Below, piece by piece: positions 9,685-20,672 of a stretch of 64,000 nt of DNA. Every line of letters begins with the position of its first letter. Positions within the stretch are counted from its first letter, which is position 1. The notes under the pieces were generated by a model that ran no database searches, was not told the DNA's origin, and worked only from the letters and a program-made list of their open reading frames with translations. The position numbers and the translations under genes are program-made. The DNA comes from a virus (Duplodnaviria > Caudoviricetes), in IMG/VR virus record IMGVR_UViG_3300026549_000032, positions 64,001 through 128,000 of that record. One strand, 5' to 3'.

Positions 9685-10035
9685 TTTGTCTAAAAATTTT
9701 CCCCACGAACGTATTCTCTCTATAATAGCATAGAAAAATGGAAAAATTAGACACTTGATTATCTTCTCCGCCTCGCCTAAGCTCGGCTCCGAAATACCAT
9801 CCTATATCCAACTGGGATGGCCGGAACGGCCCTTTCCTTTCGACATCCCGGGCGCGAGGACGAGTGATAACGAGGACGAAGTTGGCGTGGTGGGCGGGAT
9901 GTCGGTACGCTTGTCTTCTTTATTTCTCCTTACATCCGTCTTAGCCCTACAAAAATCAGACACTTCCATCTCTTGGTGTCATTTTTCTATATCACCTTAG
10001 TGAGGATTAAGAATTTTGTCAAAAACGGACACCAA
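9685..10035. other. Non-coding origin-like cassette A
   Basis: Inverted pairs TGTCTAA/TTAGACA (9687-9753) and TTGGTGTC/GACACCAA (9973-10035) flank a GC-rich core with GACATCCCG/CGGGATGTC and CGAGGACGA x2. Confidence 0.55.
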
Positions 10036-10059
10036 ATTCCACAAACGCCGACATTAACC

Positions 10060-10070
10060 CCTTACCTATG
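10060..10070 (+). promoter_or_regulatory. Putative promoter box CCTTACCTATG, 2 nt before ATG
   Basis: Recurring motif. Confidence 0.65.
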
Positions 10071-10072
10071 AT

Positions 10073-11137
10073 ATGAAAGAAGAAATGAACAATAAAAATC
10101 GATTAAAAATTATTTTTCGACCGTTTCTTCCTGAAACCAACTCCTCATCCTCACATTCCCTTGTTATTACACAAGGCACTCCCTACATTCTCCCAGGGAA
10201 TCCTCTCTGGGATGTTCCGACCGACCCATTGACCGCCAAACTCAAGATCGCCGGTTATGCATCATTCGGTCGTGGGGCTGGTGTGTATAACAGTGTCTAT
10301 TCAAAGATTCAGTATACCGCTGCTGCCTTGTGTTATTGGTCTAGGACAGAGAGAGCTTCGCATGAAGGTCTCCTCCGACTAGAAAGGATTATCAAGGATG
10401 TAACTGGTGTACCAGGGGTGACCTGGGAATGGATTCCTGATTATTATAAACGTCTCTTTACGGCCTATCAGGATCCTCGTGAGTTTATGAAGTACGGAGA
10501 GGAGGAAGAGTTTGGTTGGCCCGATGTGGACCATGAAGGAACGGATCGTTTTCCTGAAGTCTTAGAGTCAGATCAGACTATAGCCGACTTCATATTCTCC
10601 CCAACCTCAGTTCTCTATACTGGGGATGATGGTGGTTCGCCTTCTGTTCAATTCTTTGGAAGAACGGAACCTAAAGCTATTCTCCACGTAGAGATCCCTG
10701 AGCCCATCGGGCGTATAGATCTCCCTCTCTATAAATGGCCATGTAATGTGTTAAGTGAGATAGGAGACGTCTTGGGAAGAGGACCCTTGGATTCTGTGGT
10801 CTTTGAGAAAGGATCAACCCCTGGGGAATATATTGTCCGGGGGAAGGATGCCAGAGACCGCGAGCGTGTTCTCATAGATAATCCCTCGGGATCAGGTCCA
10901 AGAGTGGAACAAGATCAAGGGAGATTCTACTTTGCTGGGACAAACTATTTCAACCTCTTCAGGGATTTCCCGGCGGATGAGAAGCTGTACTGGTTTAGTC
11001 CGGCTCTCCCAGGTTATGTGGATGGGATTCGGAATGCTAATTATTCCCTCCCCGACGCTATGAAAGATCATCCCGACCTTTGGTTAGGTATCCCCTGGTC
11101 AGTAACAATCCTAGAACTTGGAGGAATCGAAGTATGA
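10073..11137 (+). CDS. Hypothetical protein with N-terminal ETNSSSSHS motif (radical SAM-associated)
   Basis: PETNSSSSHSLVI near N-terminus; ATGA overlap with radical SAM gene. Confidence 0.8.
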   Translation: MKEEMNNKNRLKIIFRPFLPETNSSSSHSLVITQGTPYILPGNPLWDVPTDPLTAKLKIAGYASFGRGAGVYNSVYSKIQYTAAALCYWSRTERASHEGLLRLERIIKDVTGVPGVTWEWIPDYYKRLFTAYQDPREFMKYGEEEEFGWPDVDHEGTDRFPEVLESDQTIADFIFSPTSVLYTGDDGGSPSVQFFGRTEPKAILHVEIPEPIGRIDLPLYKWPCNVLSEIGDVLGRGPLDSVVFEKGSTPGEYIVRGKDARDRERVLIDNPSGSGPRVEQDQGRFYFAGTNYFNLFRDFPADEKLYWFSPALPGYVDGIRNANYSLPDAMKDHPDLWLGIPWSVTILELGGIEV

Positions 11138-12147
11138 TGATGTTCACTAGAGAGTATTACCCAGGGACCTATATAAACGGAAACTATTATGTTACAGGAT
11201 CCCCGGAGAATGGAACAAGAGTTAAGAGGACTCTTAGGGTGGGTGAAGATTTTAAACCTGCCTTCCCAGATTCCATTGACTTGAAAATAACGTCTGCCTG
11301 TGGGTTTGGATGTCCTTTCTGCCATGAAAGTGCTACCCCGAACGGTAAGACGGCTGATCTTGAAAGACTAAAAGCATTCTTAGACCCTCTCCCCAGGGTT
11401 GGTATAGAGGTTGCTATTGGTGGGGGAGATATATTCTCCTGTCCAGAGTTTACCTATGACTTGGTTAAGTGGCTAGAGAAGGATAATGGTTTTCTACCCC
11501 GTCTCACTCTGTCCCATAGGAACTATGAGGAACTAAACGATACTGTCGTCGAAGGGATGCTTCAATATACTAAGTTCTCTGAGGATTCCGTTGAGAAGAA
11601 ATTAACCTATCTCTTGGAAGAAATTCCGGTGGGTGTTAGTCTTAATCAGTACTTAGAGAATCCTATTCCAGACAGAATAAGTGCATCCTCCTTCCGTTTG
11701 AGTAGTGAGAGAATAGTGTACCATGTCATTGCTGGAGTTATTAATCCGGAGGACCTATGGGAAATGTGGTTAGATAGAAGACACTATCGAAAGATTCTTG
11801 TCCTTGGGTTTAAACAATTTGGACGGGGCGCTTCTTATACCCTCCCAGACCTAGACAAGACGAAGGAAGTAGTGGAGAGGATTCTTGCTCGACAGAAAGG
11901 TCTATTCACTGGAGAAGTTAGAAAGGTTATTGCCTTTGATAACTTAGCCATTGAACAGCTCGGTATCAAGAGTCTCCTACCCAAAGAGGAATGGGACACG
12001 TTCTATCAGGGAGATGAATTTACAGCTTCCATGTATGTTGATGCCGTGGAAGAAACTGTTGCCCCTACCTCAAGGACCCCTAAGGAGGAGAGAACCTCAT
12101 GGAATCAGACAACCCTTTTAAAGTACTTCAATGAAAACCATCGCTAA
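11134..12147 (+). CDS. Radical SAM protein 1
   Basis: DLKITSACGFGCPFCHE (CxxxCxxC), EVAIGGGD, GFKQFGRG; start at ATG 11134. Confidence 0.9.
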   Translation: MMMFTREYYPGTYINGNYYVTGSPENGTRVKRTLRVGEDFKPAFPDSIDLKITSACGFGCPFCHESATPNGKTADLERLKAFLDPLPRVGIEVAIGGGDIFSCPEFTYDLVKWLEKDNGFLPRLTLSHRNYEELNDTVVEGMLQYTKFSEDSVEKKLTYLLEEIPVGVSLNQYLENPIPDRISASSFRLSSERIVYHVIAGVINPEDLWEMWLDRRHYRKILVLGFKQFGRGASYTLPDLDKTKEVVERILARQKGLFTGEVRKVIAFDNLAIEQLGIKSLLPKEEWDTFYQGDEFTASMYVDAVEETVAPTSRTPKEERTSWNQTTLLKYFNENHR

Positions 12148-12679
12148 AAAAGAAAAAGTATTTGCCTTGGCTGGTATAGATCCAACCTGGAGGTGGAAGA
12201 GATTAGAAGTTAATGAAGGTACGCGGAGACATTGGGGTTATCCCTACTGGATTACCGATCAGGGGACTCCTATCATCATAGATCCCTATCGGTGGATGGT
12301 TTTCTGGCCGAGCCAATACCCTGAGCCGGAGAACATAGATCCAGATCCCTATGAAGGTGTTGATTGGGGAAATTGGAAAATCACTCGCCTAAGTGAGGAG
12401 AAGCCTTACATACGAAATGAATATGCAAGAAGTACATGGAACTATAATGTACTGTATAAGACAGGCGTATACGAAGTCAAGGATACCAAGTGGGGAGACT
12501 CCTATGAGATACAACTTCTCTGCTGGGATGTTGAATATGAATTCCAAACATTCCTCAGGACACCCCTCAAAGTGAATTCAAACTTGGGATCTGAGACTAT
12601 TCGCCTGGAAGATGAATTTTACCTAGAAATATTTAAACATAATGGAGAAAGCTATAAAGTCGCTCATCTCAACTGTTAA
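12131..12679 (+). CDS. Hypothetical protein (Trp/Tyr-rich)
   Basis: Overlapping operonic ORF. Confidence 0.7.
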   Translation: MKTIAKKEKVFALAGIDPTWRWKRLEVNEGTRRHWGYPYWITDQGTPIIIDPYRWMVFWPSQYPEPENIDPDPYEGVDWGNWKITRLSEEKPYIRNEYARSTWNYNVLYKTGVYEVKDTKWGDSYEIQLLCWDVEYEFQTFLRTPLKVNSNLGSETIRLEDEFYLEIFKHNGESYKVAHLNC

Positions 12680-13055
12680 CAAGAAGATGAAAGTGACCTA
12701 TAAGGGAGGCGGCTGGATTGATGCCAGACGAACTCCTACCAGTGGTCAGAATATGGTTAATTCCCTGGAAGAATTTATTGATGCTGTCTTTAATCAGGAG
12801 TGTTATGACATCCCTGAGCTTAGGGAGGTAGAGGAACTCTTAGGAGGACGTCTCTTCAGTTGTACCTTAGAGGGAGAAGATGAAGCAAGACGTAGGTATA
12901 AACAGGCCACTATGACTATGGTTAGTCCTGAAGATATCGAGAACCCTAGTGAAGAACTCATTGAGCTCTTAGAGACAGCCAGGAAGTTCTTTGGTGGGAC
13001 GAAGATTAAATTTAATAGTGTACCAACTAAAATAAGATACAGCGTAGAATGGTAG
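12642..13055 (+). CDS. Hypothetical protein
   Basis: Operonic ORF. Confidence 0.65.
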   Translation: MEKAIKSLISTVNKKMKVTYKGGGWIDARRTPTSGQNMVNSLEEFIDAVFNQECYDIPELREVEELLGGRLFSCTLEGEDEARRRYKQATMTMVSPEDIENPSEELIELLETARKFFGGTKIKFNSVPTKIRYSVEW

Positions 13056-14506
13056 AAAAGTGGAGATTAGTAGAATCGTGTCGGCTTGTGCTGAATAAGG
13101 AAGCAAAAGAAGTTACTTTCAGACCAACCGACGTTAAGAAAGCTAGTGACGAAGGAATACTCCTTAGTGAGCCTGAGTTTGACTTAAAGTTTGATGATTC
13201 CTTAACCCCATGGATTAAATGGAAGGAGGAATATTACACTGTGAAAAACTTTATCCCCACCAACGAAGCTAGGGGGAAGTTAATCCGAGCTATGTCTGGC
13301 TTAGAGGGAACTAAACTTGATCCCGTCTTCAGTGAGGAAGCGGCGGATGCAGTTTGGTTCGTCAAGGCTGGAACACAGGAATATAAAGATGCTAGTGATG
13401 AAATGATTCGTCGACTGAATTGCAGTATGATGAAGAAAACTAGGAAATGGAAGCCTGGTCATCGCTACGATAGTGAGGATAAGACATACTACTATCTTGG
13501 GAAGTTCGTTAGTCATCGTAAGAATTATGACTCAAGCGAATTTCTCCATGATCCGGTTGAATGTCACTTAGTAGTTGAGAAGATTCCTGATGGAGTCAAG
13601 ACTATTCCCGATGTTCTCAGGACAGGTCTCTATGGAAGTACTGGAAAGGAGTTTATCCATACCCTTTGGGGTTCTAGTCTTCCCTTGATGGTTGATTCTG
13701 GACAAGCCTTAACAGATTCAGAGGAACCTTGGGATCTTCAGAGTCTCTACATGGACCAGCTTAAGAATATCTATGAGACAGGGGCCCCACTAGAGAAAGC
13801 TCTTGAGGTATTCGCCTACACAGACAAACCAGATGATGTATTTCTCCCCGGTTCGGTGGATCTAGATCCCATTGTGGCTCAGGTAAAGGTCACCATGGCA
13901 AACTTACTCATCGAGTGGTGGAACCTGAAATATAATGGAGATGCTCAGTATGTTGGTTCAGACCAGAACGAGGAAGGAAATATAAAGGGACTTATTACCC
14001 TTTTCTCGGGGAGTCTTGACCAGGAGAATATATTCAGAACTCTCTACTATCCAGAACTCTTCCGACTCATTGGTATTGACCTCACAGCTCTCGCTAAAGA
14101 AGCCTTGATTAACTGGGGTGGTGGTTATCTATTGAAAGGTGATTTTGACTATTACGTTAACGTATTACCTCTCTGGAGAAAACACCACAGAGAAATAGTG
14201 GACCTAGATCAGGCTTCCTCAGGGAATACAAATAATTTCCTCGGCAATAAGTTTAGTTCCCACCTGGCCGTTGCCTTAGAGAAACTACTTATCTCTGCTG
14301 CTTCGAATGGTGGTGAGGGAGTAACCTCATGGAAAGAGATCAACCGTGGGATCGCCAATAGGCCTGATATAGTGATTCAGGCAAGAGTCCTCCTCCAAGA
14401 TATCCTGGCTTTAGGAGAACCTAGTGAAACTCTTAAAAGTGATATTATTAACTCAGGATTTCAAGAGTTAAATATTAAGTTTATGAAAGATAAAGGCGTA
14501 AAATGA
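13049..14506 (+). CDS. Hypothetical protein
   Basis: 485 aa ORF coupled to infA. Confidence 0.8.
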   Translation: MVEKWRLVESCRLVLNKEAKEVTFRPTDVKKASDEGILLSEPEFDLKFDDSLTPWIKWKEEYYTVKNFIPTNEARGKLIRAMSGLEGTKLDPVFSEEAADAVWFVKAGTQEYKDASDEMIRRLNCSMMKKTRKWKPGHRYDSEDKTYYYLGKFVSHRKNYDSSEFLHDPVECHLVVEKIPDGVKTIPDVLRTGLYGSTGKEFIHTLWGSSLPLMVDSGQALTDSEEPWDLQSLYMDQLKNIYETGAPLEKALEVFAYTDKPDDVFLPGSVDLDPIVAQVKVTMANLLIEWWNLKYNGDAQYVGSDQNEEGNIKGLITLFSGSLDQENIFRTLYYPELFRLIGIDLTALAKEALINWGGGYLLKGDFDYYVNVLPLWRKHHREIVDLDQASSGNTNNFLGNKFSSHLAVALEKLLISAASNGGEGVTSWKEINRGIANRPDIVIQARVLLQDILALGEPSETLKSDIINSGFQELNIKFMKDKGVK

Positions 14507-14784
14507 AAGAACAAGCCATAATCAAAGAAGGAGTTGTTATAGAGGAACTTGGAAACTCCATGTTTAAAGTTCAACTCGACATGATTGGAGAACCAGTTAT
14601 CCTCTGTAGCATATCAGGAAAAATAAGAAAATATTATATCCGAATCTTGACTGGTGATCGGGTCAAGGTAGAGATGTCTCCTTATGACTTAACGAAAGGA
14701 CGAATCGCTACTAGACTCAAAGCTCCGGGCCAAGAGGAGGTAATAGGTAACAATAGTAATAACTCAAAAAAGAAAAAGAAATGA
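14503..14784 (+). CDS. infA: Translation initiation factor IF-1
   Basis: [17 protein letters not shown]...[32 protein letters not shown]; basic C-terminal extension. Confidence 0.95.
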   Translation: MKEQAIIKEGVVIEELGNSMFKVQLDMIGEPVILCSISGKIRKYYIRILTGDRVKVEMSPYDLTKGRIATRLKAPGQEEVIGNNSNNSKKKKK

Positions 14785-15494
14785 GAAGACCAAAATTGAC
14801 GAACACCATGATTGGTAATGTCTATCCCTTCTTCCTGAACAATCAGGCATTGAAAACGTACTATCTCTATCAGATAGTTAGTCCAGGGGCTCTTAGCGAC
14901 TATACGCCGCTACTCACACTCCAGAAGATTTGTGAGAGGACAGGAGACAAGGACTTCAGTGCCGTGGAGAGAAAGGATTGCTGCATGTACGGAGCAGACA
15001 TCATTGCCACTCTCCTGAAGAGTCGTAAAAACATAAAGGCAGAGGCAGTCAAGTATCTCTCCGAACAGATCTTGGCCCGTGGTGATGGCAGTTGGCAGCC
15101 CACTCTGTATGAGAATGATGTTGATTTCCCAATCTTCGAAATGGATTGGAACAACAGTGTAGCAAAGGCCCTGATCATTGGTCTGCGTGACGCCCTGAGA
15201 TGGCAGCAGTATCGCTTTGCCCCAGGAAATAAGATCGATCTTCTCTTGACTCCAACGAAGTTTGGTGTCTTTGAGATTAAGGGTGATAAAGAAGCTATCT
15301 GGTTGGAGCCCGTTGGTGTGTTCCACAACAATGATGTAGAGATGAAGAATCCCATCGCCGGAGTAAACATGCAGGAACTCGATTGGCCTAAGGGTAAGTA
15401 CGTTGGAGCTACTCGTGCAAGTGCTCTGAATCGTGTACTCCGCCAGACAGAGTGGAAATCATTTGATAACACAGAAATTAAGGAGGCCCGTTAA
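14781..15494 (+). CDS. Hypothetical protein
   Basis: 237 aa, ATGA overlap with infA. Confidence 0.75.
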   Translation: MRRPKLTNTMIGNVYPFFLNNQALKTYYLYQIVSPGALSDYTPLLTLQKICERTGDKDFSAVERKDCCMYGADIIATLLKSRKNIKAEAVKYLSEQILARGDGSWQPTLYENDVDFPIFEMDWNNSVAKALIIGLRDALRWQQYRFAPGNKIDLLLTPTKFGVFEIKGDKEAIWLEPVGVFHNNDVEMKNPIAGVNMQELDWPKGKYVGATRASALNRVLRQTEWKSFDNTEIKEAR

Positions 15495-15517
15495 AGGTCT
15501 CCTCTTTTTTATAGACT

Positions 15518-15979
15518 ATGAGTACATCAATAGAAAACATAATTAGAGGACTGGTCTATTGGTCAGAACTCTTAGAGAAACAGAAAAAGAAGATAACTTG
15601 GCTAGTAAGAATTGTCTGGCTAGTGGTTATTGCAGTCTTGGTCTGGTGTTGGGGATGGTATGGAGGAAGTCTCCTGAAGAAGGGGATAATAACAGTATCC
15701 CTTATGTTGGGCCTCATAGCGATCTGGGGATGGACTGTTTTATATGAAATGTTCGCCTCATATCTCCTTGTCTCCTACAACATATCTAAAGCAACCACCA
15801 CGGAAACAGAACTCCTCGCAGATAATATGATCTTAGAGGACATGAAAGGTGGTAGCAGAAATGAAGAAGAGATGCAGTTCCTCTGGATACAGCTCAGAAC
15901 GGAGCTTGGTCAATGGATTGGTAGAAAACTACTTTCAGCCAGAGGATTCACTCCACCAGAGGGAGGAGAAGAAAAATAA
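15518..15979 (+). CDS. Membrane protein (2 TM)
   Basis: Two long hydrophobic helices. Confidence 0.7.
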   Translation: MSTSIENIIRGLVYWSELLEKQKKKITWLVRIVWLVVIAVLVWCWGWYGGSLLKKGIITVSLMLGLIAIWGWTVLYEMFASYLLVSYNISKATTTETELLADNMILEDMKGGSRNEEEMQFLWIQLRTELGQWIGRKLLSARGFTPPEGGEEK

Positions 15980-15983
15980 AAAG

Positions 15984-16025
15984 AAAACCTAGGAAAGGAA
16001 ATGCTGGAACCTAGGTTTTTCTTTT
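15984..16025. terminator. Bidirectional intrinsic terminator
   Basis: AAAACCTAGG...CCTAGGTTTT between convergent genes. Confidence 0.7.
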
Positions 16026-16029
16026 TCAA

Positions 16030-18732
16030 TCACACCACTACGAATGCCTTCTTTGTAGCGGGATCATAGTCCACTGTGAAACTCATTGCATCAGGGGCAT
16101 CAATCATTGCTCGCCCGACGGAATCTGTTACCCAGCGCTCTATATTACGATTAAGCTCTCGTGCTCCAAGACCAGCCGTACACTCATCAAGTACATGGTT
16201 CTTGAGGGCAGGAGTTACTTTTATCTTCAAGCGGCTCTTATTGAGCTGCTTTTTAATTTTCTCCAGTTCGAGGTTGAATACCTTGCTGAGGTCATCTCTC
16301 GTGAAGTGACGGAATACTATCTGTCTTGTGAGTCGATTTCTGAATTCCGGCTTAAACTTCTTCTCGATAGCCTTCTGGACAATCTCCTTGTCCTTATTGT
16401 GGCGCTCCTCGTCAGTCGGCTGGGTGAAACCAACCCTAAGCTGTGAGGCTACTTCCTTCGTACCTATGTTAGAGGTGAAGATTATGATTGTATTAGAGAA
16501 GTCGATCAACTCACCACTACTCAGGTTAATACGTCCCTCGTCGAGAATTGGGAGAAGCACGTCATAGATATGTTCGTTTGCTTTCTCAATCTCATCAAAG
16601 AGGAGGACACAAGATCCACCATTTGTGTCACGAACCTTGATAAGCTCACCAGACTCGTCACTCCTAACATAACCTGGAGCTGCACCTAAGAGTCGAGTCA
16701 CGTCTGCCTCAGACGTCATGCTACTCATATCAAATCTCACAAGCGCTTTCTCCGTGCCATAGAAGATTTCAGCCAGTTTCTTGGCGAGATAAGACTTACC
16801 AACACCAGTTTCACCTGAGAACAGGAGCACACCATAAGGTTTGTTAGCTGGTTTAACTCCTAGCACTGCTCTCTGGATACAACCCATAACTTCGTCTATG
16901 GCTTCTGGCTGACCAATCACTGTACGGGTCAACTCCTCACGCAAGAACTTCAGCTTCTCTCTGTCGTTCTGAGCTACCTTGTCATAGGGAATTCGGCTTA
17001 TATTAGAGACGGCCATGATGACGTCTTTGTCTTCAACTTCAGTCCAGTTAGTCCTCTTATTGGCTTCTTTAGCTGTAGCCTTAGTCTCTCGCTCAATAAC
17101 TTCATTCAAGGCCTTCTCCTCGTTCCTGAGGCGTTCTGCTTCCTCGAAGTCCTGATCCTCCATGACGGCTTTCTTCTTAAGCTCAATAACTTCAGCTAAG
17201 CGCTTTTCGGCCTCCGTTACGTCTTCCTTCTTCTCCGTGATTCGTTTCAAGGAGGCCAGCGAACCAGCCATATCCATGGTATCAACGGCCTTGTCAGGGA
17301 AGTTCTTGTCTGCCATGTACTTACCACTTAGCTCAACACAAAGGTCGAGAATGGCGGGAGTATAACGTACTCGATGGAACTTCTCATAGTTGCCAGCAAT
17401 TCCCTTCAGGATCTTCAAGGTTTCTGCCTGAGTTGGTTCCTCTACCATGACCTGGGTGAATCGACGATTCAGGGCTTTATCCTTCTCGATATACTTACGG
17501 TACTCGGCAGGAGTTGTTGCACCAATCATCTGGAACTCACCACGTGCCAGGTAAGGCTTGAGAATATTACCAGTATCGTTCTGACCACCAGCCGAACCTG
17601 ATACCAGGGTATGAAGCTCATCCAAGGCAATGATAATGTCCTTGTTGTTACATACCTCCTTGATTAGTTTCTGGAGACGTTCCTCGAATTGACCACGATA
17701 CTGAGTACCAGCCACTAGATCATTCAAGTTGAGGCTACATATCCTCTTTCCCTGAAGTTTCTCTGGAACTTCCCCGGAGGCAATTCTCTGAGCAAGTTTC
17801 TCTATAATAGCGGTCTTACCAGTTCCAGCCTCTGACAAGAGAGCAATGTTTGGCTTACGCCTCTTCAAAAGAATCTCTATCATAGATTCTACCACATCGT
17901 CTCTACCAATCACTGGATCAAATTCACCACGAGCTGCTTTCTTTGTCAGGTCTACACTGTAACGGTCCAAGTTAGGAGTATCGGAGTTGGGGTCAAGTTC
18001 AGTTCCGTCTATGGCTTCATGACGACCTGCTTCCTCGAACTCCCTTTCTTCATCTCCATCACCACCACCGTTATTAGCTTGTGGGGTAGGAGCTTCCCCG
18101 CCAGTCTTCTCTAGGATTTCTCCTATGAATTTTGCTGCCTCGTTTGGATCTCCATCAGCTACTGTCTTCACTAAAGAGTCCATGAGACCAGCTACGCTCT
18201 TAGCATCTGCTTTTCTATTAGATACCATTATCTCGTATAATACTTTTGATTCAAAACCTTCCATGTGGAGGTATTCAATACAATCTTCGTCCTCACCACT
18301 CATCTTAAGAGCAGCCATGAGAACAACGTCCGTATCAAGTTCGCTCATTCTCTCAGGGAAGAGTTGCTTACTTTCCCCGAGGGCATCGTCAAAGATGTCT
18401 TTCATGTTATCACTTAACATGATCATGGTTGGGTCGAATAGGTCAAGGTCATCACTATAGGTAGGTGCTACCTCTTCTTCTGTGTCTGTTAGCCCAGCTA
18501 AGGCATCCAGGATCCTCTTCTTATCTGGCTCTTTTAATCCAGAGAAGAAATCCTTTACAGACTTATTATATTTTCTGTCGGTTCCTCTTCCACTAAAGTA
18601 ATAGTAGAATAGGCTGTAAATAAAATTACCGACCGTAATTTCTGTAATCTTTGCTTCTTGTGCCGCTTGGTAAGAAGCTTTTAGAATTTTTGTTAATTCT
18701 TCAGTGTTGTCAAAAAATTTCATTCTTTTCAT
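16030..18732 (-). CDS. clpC: ClpC/ClpA-type AAA+ unfoldase
   Basis: Two AAA modules (EAGTGKT/DELH; [13 protein letters not shown]), YRGQFEER pore loop, UVR-like middle domain [16 protein letters not shown] ClpP-docking loop. Confidence 0.85.
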   Translation of the reverse strand: MKRMKFFDNTEELTKILKASYQAAQEAKITEITVGNFIYSLFYYYFSGRGTDRKYNKSVKDFFSGLKEPDKKRILDALAGLTDTEEEVAPTYSDDLDLFDPTMIMLSDNMKDIFDDALGESKQLFPERMSELDTDVVLMAALKMSGEDEDCIEYLHMEGFESKVLYEIMVSNRKADAKSVAGLMDSLVKTVADGDPNEAAKFIGEILEKTGGEAPTPQANNGGGDGDEEREFEEAGRHEAIDGTELDPNSDTPNLDRYSVDLTKKAARGEFDPVIGRDDVVESMIEILLKRRKPNIALLSEAGTGKTAIIEKLAQRIASGEVPEKLQGKRICSLNLNDLVAGTQYRGQFEERLQKLIKEVCNNKDIIIALDELHTLVSGSAGGQNDTGNILKPYLARGEFQMIGATTPAEYRKYIEKDKALNRRFTQVMVEEPTQAETLKILKGIAGNYEKFHRVRYTPAILDLCVELSGKYMADKNFPDKAVDTMDMAGSLASLKRITEKKEDVTEAEKRLAEVIELKKKAVMEDQDFEEAERLRNEEKALNEVIERETKATAKEANKRTNWTEVEDKDVIMAVSNISRIPYDKVAQNDREKLKFLREELTRTVIGQPEAIDEVMGCIQRAVLGVKPANKPYGVLLFSGETGVGKSYLAKKLAEIFYGTEKALVRFDMSSMTSEADVTRLLGAAPGYVRSDESGELIKVRDTNGGSCVLLFDEIEKANEHIYDVLLPILDEGRINLSSGELIDFSNTIIIFTSNIGTKEVASQLRVGFTQPTDEERHNKDKEIVQKAIEKKFKPEFRNRLTRQIVFRHFTRDDLSKVFNLELEKIKKQLNKSRLKIKVTPALKNHVLDECTAGLGARELNRNIERWVTDSVGRAMIDAPDAMSFTVDYDPATKKAFVVV

Positions 18733-18733
18733 A

Positions 18734-18744
18734 CATGTATAAGA
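18734..18744 (-). promoter_or_regulatory. Putative promoter box TCTTATACATG, 1 nt before clpC ATG
   Basis: Recurring motif. Confidence 0.6.
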
Positions 18745-18751
18745 ATTTCAT

Positions 18752-19336
18752 TCACAAGAGAGTGCCAAAAACAGAATATGTCACGTGATAGGAAAACATG
18801 GTGATCAAGTTATCTACTCCACCAAACCAATAAGGGTGTTTTGGGTGGAGAGTGAAAGGGTCTTGATCCAGTCTCCCCATGATATAATCAAAGAGCCGTC
18901 CCTCTATGTTTGGGCCTGCCGCTTTGAGCTGTTCTTCTTGGATTGGGCTAGGTTTAGCCATCTTCAGCCTCGACCTAACTCCTTCCATTGCGTTCTTATC
19001 AATAATCTCTATACTTCCAAAGTCCAACGAATTCACAAGAGTATTAAAGGATATGTACTTGTACTGAGGGATGGTAGGTTTAGTTCTGAGATTAATATAT
19101 CTCCTCTCCCGACCGGCTCTCTTAACTATATCCTCATAGAATTCCGTCATTCGGTAAAACTCTGGGCTTAGCTCACCAGTGTTTTTATTATATGTCCTTA
19201 ACCACATCTCCCATTCTTCTCGATTGGGGAGTAGGTCTCTGACATTATACACATTAGCTAATCTAATCCACGGTTTCTCTATTAAGATACTAAGTTGTTT
19301 AAAATCTCCGTGATTATAACTAAATACTATTACCAT
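18752..19336 (-). CDS. Hypothetical protein
   Basis: 194 aa ORF. Confidence 0.7.
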   Translation of the reverse strand: MVIVFSYNHGDFKQLSILIEKPWIRLANVYNVRDLLPNREEWEMWLRTYNKNTGELSPEFYRMTEFYEDIVKRAGRERRYINLRTKPTIPQYKYISFNTLVNSLDFGSIEIIDKNAMEGVRSRLKMAKPSPIQEEQLKAAGPNIEGRLFDYIMGRLDQDPFTLHPKHPYWFGGVDNLITMFSYHVTYSVFGTLL

Positions 19337-19351
19337 ATATTACAAAAATAA

Positions 19352-19385
19352 GGGATTATTCGACCTTCACAGGCAAAATAATCCC
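19352..19385 (-). terminator. Intrinsic terminator with GUGA tetraloop
   Basis: GGGATTATT...CCT-GTGA-AGG...AATAATCCC followed by TTATTTTT on the minus strand. Confidence 0.6.
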
Positions 19386-19397
19386 AAAACGTCACCC

Positions 19398-19616
19398 TTA
19401 ATAACCTCTGACTTGTTTAAGTTCCTTCTTTAGGGCTTTATTTTCCTTCCGAAGGGATTCTATTTCTTCAGTCATTCGGTTAATCTTGTTACCGAGTTTC
19501 TCTATCCTATTGATCAGGCCCTTGATATTTTTCTCATTACCGAGGACCTTCTTCTGAATTGCATCGTCAGTCATGACAATTAATTTTAAGAGACGCCGCG
19601 TGGGCTGGGTAATCAT
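19398..19616 (-). CDS. Small coiled-coil protein
   Basis: Heptad pattern. Confidence 0.6.
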   Translation of the reverse strand: MITQPTRRLLKLIVMTDDAIQKKVLGNEKNIKGLINRIEKLGNKINRMTEEIESLRKENKALKKELKQVRGY

Positions 19617-19624
19617 TGATGTTT

Positions 19625-19945
19625 CTATCTTTTTCTAAACTTAAAGGTGTTGTTAAAGACCAAGGTTCTCTCGGTCTGAAATTTAATTTTATATCTAATA
19701 GTATCTGGTTGGAGTTCTATTACCATGAAGATTGAATCCTCGATGATATCCCACCAGAGTATCTTTTCTCCTTCTACGTGGTCTCCTACCTCACCCGTCT
19801 TGTCAGAGGAGAAACTATAGTAGACTCCTTCATTACTGACCCACGTACCTAGGATCTTACTCGTTTTATCAGTAGGCTTTTGTTCTCTTATCTCCTGACA
19901 TGCAATCAGGAAAATTGCTGTTAGTAGTAATATTAGTTTTCTCAT
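19625..19945 (-). CDS. Lipoprotein
   Basis: Signal peptide + LIAC lipobox. Confidence 0.75.
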   Translation of the reverse strand: MRKLILLLTAIFLIACQEIREQKPTDKTSKILGTWVSNEGVYYSFSSDKTGEVGDHVEGEKILWWDIIEDSIFMVIELQPDTIRYKIKFQTERTLVFNNTFKFRKR

Positions 19946-20670
19946 CTAATTTCGAATAGTTCTAGTTCTGGAAGACACCTATACATTAAGTCTCCTATGT
20001 GTCCAGAGAATCTTGTATGATAGTGTCCGTAGATCCACCAAGAGGCGTTAGTCTCATAGAGAACTTCATCCAAGTATCGACGATCTGCTAATACTCTATC
20101 CCAAGTTTCATTCGTACAATCATTCGGTCGAATAGGAACAGGCTCGAAAGCGAACGGTGCTTCGTGGGAAAGAATTATATCTACTTTCGTCGGATGTGGG
20201 TCCTTTGAAGGAACTATGTTTTCGTCAGGCCACCAACATCTCTGAGACGATCCTAACCTGATATAGCGATCGTTATACCATCTCCTGGTTCTTCCCTTTC
20301 TATCAGGAGCATCTATATCTACTGAGGTTGCTCCGCCAATGGGGTATATCTTCTTCCCACATATCTCGATGACTTCATGGTCCTTAAGGAAGTGCAGTCT
20401 AGGGAAATCATGTGTTCCATCAAAGAAAGCCGGATCATCGTGGTTTCCTCTGAGAGCCCACACTACATTATTGTCCTTCTCTAAGCGCTTCTCTATCTTC
20501 TCATAGTTAACCTGCATAGAGTGTTTTCTACCGAAGCCGGCTCCGAAATCACCAACCACGATTATGTCAGAGTTCTTAAGACCCCACTTACATTGTATCA
20601 CATTGTATACAAGATACTTTAGTTCACCGTGGATATCTCCACAAATAAATAATGATCTTTTTTCTTCCAT
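19942..20670 (-). CDS. Calcineurin-like metallophosphoesterase
   Basis: GDIHG, GDFG, GNHD, SHEAP, GHYH. Confidence 0.9.
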   Translation of the reverse strand: MEEKRSLFICGDIHGELKYLVYNVIQCKWGLKNSDIIVVGDFGAGFGRKHSMQVNYEKIEKRLEKDNNVVWALRGNHDDPAFFDGTHDFPRLHFLKDHEVIEICGKKIYPIGGATSVDIDAPDRKGRTRRWYNDRYIRLGSSQRCWWPDENIVPSKDPHPTKVDIILSHEAPFAFEPVPIRPNDCTNETWDRVLADRRYLDEVLYETNASWWIYGHYHTRFSGHIGDLMYRCLPELELFEIR

Positions 20671-20672
20671 AT

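Noticed and set aside
9755-10000. 81 aa ORF within cassette A
   Set aside because: TTG start, no promoter box or recognisable motif; explained by GC-rich structured DNA
11134-12147. Radical SAM proteins as viperin, QueE or NrdG
   Set aside because: No family-specific motifs recognised and no 7-deazaguanine or nrdD neighbours in the window
14900-15472. Long antisense or alternate-frame ORFs (also 32936-33379, 40475-41014, 55948-56448 and others)
   Set aside because: Fully overlap better-supported genes; shadow ORFs from codon bias
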